IMG/VR virus record: IMGVR_UViG_2619619134_000012 | Length of the DNA stretch: 35,126 nt | DNA from: a virus | Lineage: Duplodnaviria; Heunggongvirae; Uroviricota; Caudoviricetes | Strand: one strand, 5' to 3' | In this document: one piece after another, positions 27,765-35,126 of the stretch | Layout of the letters: the number at the start of each line of letters is the position of its first letter | How positions within the stretch are numbered: position 1 is the first letter of the stretch | Program-made: the position numbers and the translations under genes | The notes under the pieces: model-generated | The model's database searches: none | The model's input: the letters and a program-made list of their open reading frames with translations, nothing else | Told to the model about the DNA's origin: nothing

Positions 27765-27816
27765 AGGCCAGCCCCCATCATGTAAGACTTGACGAATACT
27801 ACTGCCGCCTCTGCGT

Positions 27817-28761
27817 TTAAGGCGTTTCCGTAGGTTCGAATTCGTCCCACTCTGGAGGCAGCCCCATTAACCAAAGGCTCAAGGCCGGATTTAACTGGCC
27901 TCCATTTTCCATCTGTGCATTTGAGCCAGTCAGCATCTTTCCAGAAGCCGTTAACCGGACCGGGCCTGCAATCTGTGCCACCACATCCAGACGATCTGTC
28001 GATATTTTCCCTTTGCGAATCCTCCCCCCAGGATCCCCCCCCCCTTGTGGTCGCTGGCTGTTGGCGTGGGCCAGCCAGCCATTTTTACCTGTTGCGCAAG
28101 GCTGCTGCCGGACATGCCCTCGGTAATCCCTCGCCCTCCCCGCCTGCTGTCGCTGGCACTCGGAGTTGTCCAGCCCGAAAGCTGCGCAGCTGTCTGCAAG
28201 TTCAATCCTCCCTGACGGCCCGCGTTGCTGGGATGCTTCCAGGCATTCGCTGTTGGTGTGGACCACCCAATAAGTTCTGTCCCGGATGTTCGGGGCACCG
28301 ACGCTCGCAGCCGGAAACGCACTCGCCCCGAAGGCATAACCCAAGGCTTCCACGTCAGTCTGTACAAGGTCGATCCAGTCATTTGCGTCAGCACTTGCAG
28401 ATTGCTCGCCAAAGACAACGACAGGGCGACGCTGCCCGACCAACCAATGCATGGCGGGCCATAAGTGCCGCTCGTCAGCAAACCCTTTTCCTTTGCCTGC
28501 CGCGCTGAAAGGCTGGCATGGGCAGGAACCTGTCCAGACTTCTCTGCTGTCTTCCCAGCCCACACGGCGCAGGGCATATGACCAAATGCCAACCCCTGCA
28601 AAGAAATGGACCTGAGCAAATCCTCGTAAATCATCGGGTCTGACATCTTCAATACTCCTTTCATCTACAACACCCGGCATAATGCGACCGGCAGCCATGT
28701 GTACGCGCAGCCGCGCAGCTGCAAACGGGTCTATCTCGTTGTAATAAGCCCACGCACTCAC
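27817..28761 (-). CDS. DNA (cytosine-5) methyltransferase-like protein; coding frame ambiguous (possible frameshift or phase-variable gene)
   Basis: Frame starting at GTG 28761 carries C5-methyltransferase motifs I ([12 protein letters not shown]), IV ([15 protein letters not shown]), VIII ([13 protein letters not shown]) and a motif IX-like C-terminus ([19 protein letters not shown]); an overlapping second frame and a G10 tract complicate the call. Confidence 0.45.
   Translation of the reverse strand: MSAWAYYNEIDPFAAARLRVHMAAGRIMPGVVDERSIEDVRPDDLRGFAQVHFFAGVGIWSYALRRVGWEDSREVWTGSCPCQPFSAAGKGKGFADERHLWPAMHWLVGQRRPVVVFGEQSASADANDWIDLVQTDVEALGYAFGASAFPAASVGAPNIRDRTYWVVHTNSECLEASQQRGPSGRIELADSCAAFGLDNSECQRQQAGRARDYRGHVRQQPCATGKNGWLAHANSQRPQGGGDPGGRIRKGKISTDRLDVVAQIAGPVRLTASGKMLTGSNAQMENGGQLNPALSLWLMGLPPEWDEFEPTETP
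27951..28664 (-). other. Alternative-frame ORF (237 aa) fully overlapping the methyltransferase-like gene, with three tandem GW[STP]TP[TS]A repeats
   Basis: Open across about 700 nt in a second frame; tandem repeat units start near 28279, 28175 and 28077 (period about 100 nt); passes through the G10 tract. Confidence 0.3.
28035..28044. repeat. Homopolymer tract C10 (G10 on the coding strand) inside the methyltransferase-like gene
   Basis: Plus strand ...GGATCCCCCCCCCCTTGTGG...; a second C6 run lies at 28024-28029. Confidence 0.9.
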
Positions 28762-29615
28762 GCCTGCACCTCATACTTAACGCAGCAATCAGGACCGCCA
28801 GCAGGATCAAAACCAATCCAGTGATGAGGTTTAGAAGTAGCGATGATTTCCACGGCGGACTTACCATCACCGGCAGCCACACCCATGCTGCGCTTTGCCG
28901 TCAGCCGATAGCGGGAGAAATTGCGATAAAGAGAACGGGTCAAAGATGTATCACTGTTGGACACAATGACCGGATGACCTTCTGATGAACGACGCTCAAG
29001 AATAGACGCCAGATGATACTGATCATCCTCAGTAAATCCGGCGGTGTGATAACCGGTAAACGTTCCGTCATATGGCGGATCGCAATAAACCACATCACCA
29101 GTCTTCAGCAGTGCCAGTGTTTCCTCATAGCTGGCACAGATAAACGTTGCACGTTGTGCCTTTTCTGCAAAAGCGCGTATTTCGTTTTCGGGGAAGTACG
29201 GATTTTTATAATTACCGTAAGGAACATTAAAGTGACCACTCAAGTTATAGCGGCACAGTCCGCGATAACAATGGCGATTAAGATAAATAAACATGGCTGC
29301 GCGGCAATCCACAGGCCAATCACGTCCATGGTTAAATTCTTTTCGAATATCGTAGTAATCCTCTGCCGATTTATTTTTAGCAAATAAATCCTTGCCAATT
29401 GAGATTAATAATTCAGGTCCGCTTTTAATGGCATTGTAAAGACTTATCAGATCTGGATTAATATCCGCGACAAGATAATGAGGATAGTCTGTCTCCATCA
29501 TCACAGCGCACGAACCCGCGAAAGGCTCAACCAGTCGCGGGCCTGCTGGAAGGTGTTTTTTCAGTTCTGGCATTATGGCGGTTTTATTACCCGCCCATTT
29601 CAGGATGGTGCTCAT
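28758..29615 (-). CDS. DNA adenine (N6) methyltransferase, Dam/D12 class
   Basis: Start at ATG 29615 ([18 protein letters not shown]...); motifs KWAGNK, FAGSCAV and DPPY; stop overlaps the start of the cytosine methyltransferase-like gene. Confidence 0.85.
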   Translation of the reverse strand: MSTILKWAGNKTAIMPELKKHLPAGPRLVEPFAGSCAVMMETDYPHYLVADINPDLISLYNAIKSGPELLISIGKDLFAKNKSAEDYYDIRKEFNHGRDWPVDCRAAMFIYLNRHCYRGLCRYNLSGHFNVPYGNYKNPYFPENEIRAFAEKAQRATFICASYEETLALLKTGDVVYCDPPYDGTFTGYHTAGFTEDDQYHLASILERRSSEGHPVIVSNSDTSLTRSLYRNFSRYRLTAKRSMGVAAGDGKSAVEIIATSKPHHWIGFDPAGGPDCCVKYEVQA

Positions 29616-29839
29616 ACAGCCCCCCCTACGTAATGTTTGCCTTTCAGCTCTGCGATTTCCTGACAGGTGACGCAACACTGCACGCCCGGAATAGCGCGGC
29701 GGCGAGCTGGCGGGATCGGTGCATCGCAATCAATGCAGAGCACACGGGAAACGCCCGGTGTTCTGTTGCGGGCGGTGTGGATGTGGCGCTGACGTTCTTC
29801 TTCAACGCGCTGCTGTACAAGGTCCATTGAATCAGCCAT
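29612..29839 (-). CDS. TraR/DksA-family C4 zinc-finger protein
   Basis: 75 aa with CIDCDAPIP...CCVTCQ, a Cys4 arrangement typical of phage TraR-like proteins. Confidence 0.7.
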   Translation of the reverse strand: MADSMDLVQQRVEEERQRHIHTARNRTPGVSRVLCIDCDAPIPPARRRAIPGVQCCVTCQEIAELKGKHYVGGAV

Positions 29840-30072
29840 CAGTGGATCTCCTGTGCTTCGTTCTGAATGTTTTCAGCCGCAATACGCAGCAGCTCCGCCG
29901 CTTCAACGTGGTTAAGCTGACGTGACGTGATATGGCAAGCGAGGCTATCAAGACGGGCTGCCATTGCCGCGGCCCGTGCACGACGTTCTTCCATGCGTGC
30001 ATCAGTCTGCATCTGGTTAAGGCCAGCATCATCTGGTCCTGTTTTGGTGATACGGGTTTCAATATTTCGCAT
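29839..30072 (-). CDS. Hypothetical early-region protein (77 aa)
   Basis: ORF translationally coupled to the TraR-like gene; no family recognised. Confidence 0.4.
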   Translation of the reverse strand: MRNIETRITKTGPDDAGLNQMQTDARMEERRARAAAMAARLDSLACHITSRQLNHVEAAELLRIAAENIQNEAQEIH

Positions 30073-30139
30073 TGTTGTTTCTCCTGAATTTGGGCAATAA
30101 GAAGCCCGGCGGGGTTACGCCTTTAATTTCGGTTGTTTG

Positions 30140-30481
30140 TTAATTCGGCATGGCTAGCCGATTTGGAAATAAACTCACCACTGTACGGAAATGGTTCATT
30201 GCTTTAATCAGCTCCCGCTTTTCGTCAGTCGTCAGCTCACTAACATTGACGCTATGACGTTCCGCCGGAATCTTTGCCATAAAGAATATTGCGGCTAGTG
30301 CGCGTTTATTCTGCTCATGGTTAATATCCCGTTGGTCCCGCATATCGCTAATAAAGCGCTCCAGTTCTGAATCAATATTTAAGCCAAACACTTTCGCCCT
30401 TAATTCCGCGATGTGGTTTAACCCATTAAGGCGGAGGCCAGCGCTTAGCGGAACAGTCGCTGCATCGCCTTCAATAGCCAT
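30140..30481 (-). CDS. Hypothetical early-region protein (113 aa)
   Basis: ORF on the early (pR-side) strand; no family recognised. Confidence 0.4.
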   Translation of the reverse strand: MAIEGDAATVPLSAGLRLNGLNHIAELRAKVFGLNIDSELERFISDMRDQRDINHEQNKRALAAIFFMAKIPAERHSVNVSELTTDEKRELIKAMNHFRTVVSLFPNRLAMPN

Positions 30482-30651
30482 GGTTTCCTCTGCTTTTTAG
30501 TAGACAGTTCAGCCAGCAGCGCATCCTGAGAGCGGCACGGGTGCCAGCGCTTGCCATCCTTCCCCATAATCCAGCCATGACCGCAGTGCATTGCAGGACT
30601 TTGCTTAACGAGCAGTGATGCAAAAGATGGTTCTTTAGTCAGCATAACCAC
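30445..30651 (-). CDS. Hypothetical small protein downstream of cII (68 aa)
   Basis: ORF directly after cII where phage 186 carries small early genes; not recognised with certainty. Confidence 0.35.
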   Translation of the reverse strand: MVMLTKEPSFASLLVKQSPAMHCGHGWIMGKDGKRWHPCRSQDALLAELSTKKQRKPWLLKAMQRLFR

Positions 30652-30652
30652 C

Positions 30653-31162
30653 TCAGATCAGACCGAACGAAGCGCCGAGGCCCGTCACGGTATCTACTGC
30701 GCTTGCCATCGCCGGATTAGCCTGCAAACGCGCATGCAATGAAACTGCAGTGAGTGCCATAAGGCGCGTAACAGAGTTGATGCTATTGATCACATCGCGG
30801 CGGCCTGCACTGGTTTTCACATCACCGGATACTGCGCCTGCAGCTACACGCCCAATCTCCGCAGTTGCACTCATGACGTAATGCGGCAGGTTCTCTTTTG
30901 CCACTTCATTCAATGGCACGCACGGCAGGCAATGGATTTGAGCCAGAAAACCGTCAACCAGCGTGGAGTCCTCAGTAAGATCGGTAAGCAGCCAAATTTC
31001 CGACGGCGTGAGCTGATGCGGTTGCTCCGGGTTCAGTTTGTTACGCAGCGTCTGGACGTTCATTCCCGCACGTTCTGCCAGCTTCGCCATGTTGTGACGC
31101 AGCGCAAAAGCCCGGCAGGCTTCATCAAAATGCGGATGTTTGGAAATCTTATAATCAAACAT
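30653..31162 (-). CDS. cII: CII-like transcriptional activator (phage 186 CII family)
   Basis: 169 aa (MFDYKISKHPHFDEACRAFALRHNMAKLAERAGMNVQTLRNKLNPEQPHQ...) recognisably 186 CII-like with a helix-turn-helix region. Confidence 0.75.
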   Translation of the reverse strand: MFDYKISKHPHFDEACRAFALRHNMAKLAERAGMNVQTLRNKLNPEQPHQLTPSEIWLLTDLTEDSTLVDGFLAQIHCLPCVPLNEVAKENLPHYVMSATAEIGRVAAGAVSGDVKTSAGRRDVINSINSVTRLMALTAVSLHARLQANPAMASAVDTVTGLGASFGLI

Positions 31163-31194
31163 GCAAGCCCCTTAGAAAGTTCTCATAATTGAAC

Positions 31195-31437
31195 TTACAG
31201 ACCAACAATGACGCGAAAGTTGGAATGACCGAGGGATTCACGAACCTGATCCGTTTTGTACATCAGGTAACGCAGGCTTACGCGCCCCTTGTTTTTATCC
31301 TTTTTAACCATGTATTTAGCCAGCTTACCATGGTGGATTTTTTGATAAACAGAACCGCGTGAAATGCCTTCCCATTCGGCGAATTCTGCAGGCGTAGCCA
31401 TCTCTTTTGGTACACGAATTGAAATATCAGTGCTCAT
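31195..31437 (-). CDS. apl: Apl/Cox-like excisionase and switch regulator (helix-turn-helix)
   Basis: 80-aa helix-turn-helix protein (ATPAEFAEWEGISRGSVYQKIHHGKL), first gene of the rightward early operon, divergent from cI. Confidence 0.6.
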   Translation of the reverse strand: MSTDISIRVPKEMATPAEFAEWEGISRGSVYQKIHHGKLAKYMVKKDKNKGRVSLRYLMYKTDQVRESLGHSNFRVIVGL

Positions 31438-31556
31438 AGTGCAGTATCTCTCAGTTAAGGTTTGGTTTATGTCGTTTTATCTTGTTTTATACGATTCAAT
31501 ACTTGAACAATCGAGATACTACGATCCAATATTTGATACGTCAATAGGATTAAAAA
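31438..31556. promoter_or_regulatory. Lysis-lysogeny switch region (face-to-face promoters and candidate operators between apl and cI)
   Basis: AT-rich 119-bp intergenic region between divergent apl and cI, with short direct repeats (GTTTTAT x2) and inverted repeats (TTCAA-TACT-TGAA; ATCG-N8-CGAT). Confidence 0.4.
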
Positions 31557-32189
31557 ATGATACAGGTGAAAGCTGGCGAGAATACAGGGGGTAGAGAGGC
31601 TATCCATAGGTTGATGGCGGCCTATGATTTCAAGTCCAGACAGCAGCTATGCGATCACCTAGGCGCATCTAAAAGCACCATGGCAAACAGATACTTAAGG
31701 GACAGCTTTCCTGCAGAATGGGTGATCCAATGCGCTCTTGAAACAGGCGTTTCGTTACTCTGGCTAACCACAGGGCAAGGCGAACCAGGAGCAAAAATTG
31801 ATGATAAAAAAAGTATCAATATCGTGAACTCCAGCAAGGTTAAACCTCTTTCTGAACTTATATCGCCAGAGATCGACAAGGCTACCCTTATGGGAGGTTC
31901 GTTGGTTGAAGCCGGGAAGGCCATCATTGATAGCAGCCTGCTTCCCCCTGACTCAAACGAGCTGCTTCTCGTAAATACCACTGGCGATTCATATTTAGTT
32001 GACCGTAACCAGACACCACCAGTGAATGGGATGTGGTTGGTCGATATCGACGGGATAAAAAGCATTGTTAAGCTAACTCGCCTTCCGGGAAACAGATTAG
32101 TTGTGCATCAAGATGACTCTTCGTTTGAGTGCAGCCTGGATGATATCGAGGTTGTTGGCCGCGCATTGAAAATTATTAAGAGCCTTTGA
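31557..32189 (+). CDS. cI: CI-like immunity repressor (phage 186 CI family)
   Basis: 210-aa ORF with helix-turn-helix region AAYDFKSRQQLCDHLGASKSTMANRYLRD and CALETGVSLLWLTTGQGE; immediately upstream of int as in the 186 cI-int operon. Confidence 0.75.
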   Translation: MIQVKAGENTGGREAIHRLMAAYDFKSRQQLCDHLGASKSTMANRYLRDSFPAEWVIQCALETGVSLLWLTTGQGEPGAKIDDKKSINIVNSSKVKPLSELISPEIDKATLMGGSLVEAGKAIIDSSLLPPDSNELLLVNTTGDSYLVDRNQTPPVNGMWLVDIDGIKSIVKLTRLPGNRLVVHQDDSSFECSLDDIEVVGRALKIIKSL

Positions 32190-32190
32190 T

Positions 32191-33216
32191 ATGACCATCA
32201 GAAAACAGCCGAACGGAAAATGGTTGTGCGAGTGTTACCCGAACGGGCGTGACGGTAAGCGCGTGCGCAAGCAATTTGCGACAAAGGGCGAGGCTGTAGC
32301 ATTCGAAAACTTCACCATGGATGAAGTGAACAAAAAGCCGTGGCTGGGTGAAAAGGAAGATCGGCGGCGTTTGTCAGAATTGATTGAGCAGTGGCATTCA
32401 CTTTATGGGCAGACGCTGGCTGACCCCAAACGCCTTATGGCAAAACTCAGCATTATTTGTAATGGCCTTGGTGATCCCATCGCCTCAGAGTTAACCGCAG
32501 GCGATTTTACGAAATACCGGGAAGCACGTCTAAAAGGTGAAGTAAAAAATGAAGATGGCGTGCTTATGTCGCCAGTTAAACCCCGCACGGTAAACCTTGA
32601 GCAACGCAACCTATCCTCTGTTTTTGGCACGCTGAAAAAGCTGGGCCATTGGTCAGCCCCAAACCCGCTAGCCGGTCTGCCAACATTCAAAATTGCCGAA
32701 GGTGAATTGGCGTTCCTAGCCCCGGAAGAAATTAAACGCCTGCTGGATTCCTGTGCTGAATCTCAAAGCCCCAGCTTACTGATGATTGCAAAAGTATGCC
32801 TAGCCACTGGTGCACGATGGAGTGAAGCAGAAAACCTACAAGGACACCAGCTGTCGAAATATCGCATCACCTACACCAAGACCAAAGGCAAGAAAAACAG
32901 AACCGTGCCAATATCACAAGATCTGTATGACGAACTACCCAAGAACAGAGGGAAGTTATTCACGCCATGTAGAAAAGCCTTTGAGCGCGCAGTGAAGCGG
33001 GCCGGAATCGATCTGCCAGAGGGTCAATGTACTCATGTGCTGCGCCATACATTCGCCAGCCATTTTATGATGAACGGCGGAAACATACTGGTGCTGCGCG
33101 ATATTCTAGGCCATGCCGATATAAAAATGACAATGGTATATGCTCACTTTGCACCCGATCACCTCGAAGATGCAGTGACAAAAAACCCGCTTCACAATCT
33201 CAACTGGAAGCGCTAA
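32191..33216 (+). CDS. int: Tyrosine integrase of the prophage
   Basis: 341 aa with the C-terminal catalytic region HVLRHTFASHFMMNGGNILVLRDILGHADIKMTMVYAH; adjacent to the right att repeat. Confidence 0.9.
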   Translation: MTIRKQPNGKWLCECYPNGRDGKRVRKQFATKGEAVAFENFTMDEVNKKPWLGEKEDRRRLSELIEQWHSLYGQTLADPKRLMAKLSIICNGLGDPIASELTAGDFTKYREARLKGEVKNEDGVLMSPVKPRTVNLEQRNLSSVFGTLKKLGHWSAPNPLAGLPTFKIAEGELAFLAPEEIKRLLDSCAESQSPSLLMIAKVCLATGARWSEAENLQGHQLSKYRITYTKTKGKKNRTVPISQDLYDELPKNRGKLFTPCRKAFERAVKRAGIDLPEGQCTHVLRHTFASHFMMNGGNILVLRDILGHADIKMTMVYAHFAPDHLEDAVTKNPLHNLNWKR

Positions 33217-33333
33217 TTTATGGCGGCATTTTGGCGGCAGAGCATTAAAAACGCATAAAACGGACAAACACCAAATAACACTAACCCACTGTTTCTAAAG
33301 GTAACTCACTGTTTTTATTATACTAAAAATGGT

Positions 33334-33379
33334 ATGTAGGAATTTCGGACGCGGGTTCAACTCCCGCCAGCTCCACCAA
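33334..33379. repeat. attR: displaced 3' end of ssrA (46-bp core repeat)
   Basis: Identical to 1016-1061; followed by a terminator hairpin and a second integrase. Confidence 0.8.
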
Positions 33380-33412
33380 TTTTTGATATATTGAAGTTCA
33401 GTGAAGTCTATC

Positions 33413-33447
33413 AAGCCCGCATGGAACCAGCCTTGCGGGCTTTTTTA
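33413..33447 (+). terminator. Rho-independent terminator after the displaced ssrA 3' fragment (probably the ancestral ssrA terminator)
   Basis: GCCCGCA ... TGCGGGC stem followed by TTTTTT. Confidence 0.55.
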
Positions 33448-33544
33448 CGTCTATAGTAGTCTACCGAGAATTGCTAGAATCTACTCGTTATGGCACCCTT
33501 TTTGGGACCCAACACAAAGGGTCCAAAACATGAGGGTCCCAAAC

Positions 33545-34774
33545 ATGGCAAAAATCGCTAAGAAGCTCACTGACACTGAAATCAAAAGCACCAAACCTGC
33601 CGAGAAAGAGGTTAACCTTTTTGACGGCGATGGTTTGCTCCTGCGAATCGCCCCCTTAGCGAAGGGAGGAAAGAAAAATTGGTATTTCAGATATGCAGTG
33701 CCTGTGACCAAAAAGCGAACTAAGGTGAGCTTAGGAACCTATCCTCACCTTACACTTGCGAAGGCACGAGCTTTACGTGATGAGTACTTGTCGTTGCTTG
33801 CAAATGGTATAGACCCACAAGTTCATAACACCCACAAAGCCAATGCCCTTAAGGATGCAACGGAACATACATTTCAAGCAGTAGCCAAGAAGTGGCTTGA
33901 TGAGAAAGTCAAAACGTCAGGCATCTCCCAGGATCATGCTAACGACATCTGGCGAAGCCTAGAGAGAAATATCTTTCCAACGTTGGGTGATACCCCCATT
34001 AAGGAGATTCGCCCTAAAATGCTTAAACAGCATTTAGACCCCATAGAAAAACGAGGTGTCCTTGAAACACTTCGCCGCGTCATATCCCGCCTGAATGAAA
34101 TTTTCCGCTATGCAGCAACAGAAGAACTCATAGAATTCAATCCGGCTGACAACCTGGGGCAACGGTTCAGCAAGCCAAAAAAACAGAATATGCCAGCATT
34201 ACCCCCTTCCGAACTCCCCCGCTTCCTGGTTGCTCTAAACAATGCTTCTATCCGTTTAGAAACAAGGCTACTGATTGAGTGGCAACTTCTCACATGGGTT
34301 CGCCCTGGTGAAGCTGTTCGCACAAGATGGTCAGATATTGATATAGAAACCAGCATGTGGAACATCCCGGCGGAGTTTATGAAAATGAAGAAGCCTCACA
34401 AAGTTCCACTGAGCAAAGAATCTTTGCGAGTCTTGGATTCAATGAAAGCCATCAGCGGGCATAGAGAGTGGGTTTTTCCCAGTATCAAAGCTCCACTCAA
34501 TCACATGCATGAACAAACAGCTAATGCGGCTATAATCCGTATGGGCTTCGGAGGTGAGCTTGTAGCTCATGGTATGCGATCAATCGCTAGAACGGCGGCT
34601 GAGGAGTGTGGCAAGTTTAGAACTGATGTCTTAGAAGCCGCCCTTGCCCACTCGAAAAAAGATGAAATAATTGCAGCCTACAATCGTGCAGAGTATCTCA
34701 CAGAACGTGTGGTTCTCATGCAATGGTGGAGTGACTATGTTTCGTCTCAAAAATACAAAGTTATTGCCGCATAA
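33545..34774 (+). CDS. P4/CP4-57-family tyrosine integrase of a second, tandem integrative element
   Basis: Start at MAKIAKKLTDTEIKSTKPAEKEVNLFDGDGLLLRIAPL..., clearly related to E. coli CP4-57 IntA (LTDTEIK, DGDGL, DIWRSLER, HGMRSIA, LAH); sits directly 3' of the ssrA-derived repeat. Confidence 0.85.
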   Translation: MAKIAKKLTDTEIKSTKPAEKEVNLFDGDGLLLRIAPLAKGGKKNWYFRYAVPVTKKRTKVSLGTYPHLTLAKARALRDEYLSLLANGIDPQVHNTHKANALKDATEHTFQAVAKKWLDEKVKTSGISQDHANDIWRSLERNIFPTLGDTPIKEIRPKMLKQHLDPIEKRGVLETLRRVISRLNEIFRYAATEELIEFNPADNLGQRFSKPKKQNMPALPPSELPRFLVALNNASIRLETRLLIEWQLLTWVRPGEAVRTRWSDIDIETSMWNIPAEFMKMKKPHKVPLSKESLRVLDSMKAISGHREWVFPSIKAPLNHMHEQTANAAIIRMGFGGELVAHGMRSIARTAAEECGKFRTDVLEAALAHSKKDEIIAAYNRAEYLTERVVLMQWWSDYVSSQKYKVIAA

Positions 34775-34795
34775 CTCTTCCATGATGGGTTAACT

Positions 34796-35126
34796 GGTAA
34801 TGGTGCCAACTTACTGATTTAGTGTATGATGGTGTTTTTGAGGTGCTCCAGTGGCTTCTGTTTCTATCAGCTGTCCCTCCTGTTCAGCTACTGAAGGCGT
34901 GGTGCGTAACGGTAAAAGTACTGCCGGACATCAGCGCTATCTCTGCTCTCACTGCCGTAAAACATGGCAGCTACAGTTCACTTACACCGCTTCTCAACCC
35001 GGTACGCATCAGAAAATCATTGATATGGCCATGAATGGCGTTGGATGCCGGGCAACCGCCCGCATTATGGGCGTTGGCCTCAACACGATTTTACGTCACT
35101 TAAAAAACTCAGGCCGCAGTCGGTAA
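34796..35126 (+). mobile_element. IS1 insertion sequence, partial (truncated by the window end)
   Basis: IS1 terminal inverted repeat GGTAATGGTGCCAACTTACTGAT at 34796 followed by insA; begins 21 bp after the integrase stop. Confidence 0.9.
34851..35126 (+). CDS. insA: IS1 transposase component InsA
   Basis: 91 aa [91 protein letters not shown], essentially identical to IS1 InsA as I remember it. Confidence 0.9.
   Translation: MASVSISCPSCSATEGVVRNGKSTAGHQRYLCSHCRKTWQLQFTYTASQPGTHQKIIDMAMNGVGCRATARIMGVGLNTILRHLKNSGRSR

Larger units (their letters stand above)
1016..33379. mobile_element. P2/186-family temperate prophage integrated in ssrA (about 32.4 kb)
   Basis: Bounded by the 46-bp direct repeats; complete P2-like gene order with tyrosine integrase next to the right repeat; host smpB-ssrA on the left and the displaced ssrA 3' fragment plus terminator on the right. 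Confidence 0.85.

Noticed and set aside
28659-28761. The N-terminal stretch YYNEID...EDVRPDD of the methyltransferase-like protein as methyltransferase motifs II and III preceding motif I (a permuted order)
   Set aside because: More simply explained by a real start at an internal ATG (M22 or M28), which puts motif I near the N-terminus; the resemblance is probably coincidental.
29616-29729. N-terminal extension of the Dam methyltransferase in the ORF track
   Set aside because: The conserved Dam N-terminus ([11 protein letters not shown]) begins at the internal ATG; the extension overlaps the upstream TraR-like gene.
1-35126. CRISPR arrays or other large regular spacer-repeat arrays
   Set aside because: No regularly spaced short direct repeats seen anywhere in the window; the only tandem repeats are inside the tail fibre and methyltransferase genes.

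Overview
The window opens on the host smpB-ssrA (tmRNA) locus of an E. coli-like enterobacterium (tmRNA tag ANDENYALAA). A roughly 32.4-kb P2/186-family temperate prophage is integrated into the 3' end of ssrA, bounded by identical 46-bp direct repeats at 1016-1061 and 33334-33379. The prophage runs ogr, D-U-T-E/E'-FII-FI, an AT-rich acyltransferase cargo gene, G-H-I-J-W-V-S-R, the lysis cassette, L-M-N-O, then P and Q, a cos-like site, an SOS cassette (LexA box, DinI-like gene), replication gene A, tandem DNA methyltransferases, and a 186-type cII/apl/cI/int lysogeny module. Beyond the right repeat lie the displaced ssrA 3' fragment with its terminator, a P4/CP4-57-family integrase and a window-truncated IS1. 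The most unusual items are (i) an extra gene between the terminase large subunit and portal genes that is a diverged paralogue of the terminase ATPase domain alone, with substitutions at the presumed Walker A and B positions; (ii) a cytosine-5 methyltransferase-like gene whose coding frame is ambiguous across about 700 nt, with three tandem ~100-nt repeats and a G10/C10 homopolymer; (iii) cargo at both known P2 accessory hotspots. All calls rest on reading the translations and motifs by eye; no database search was run.
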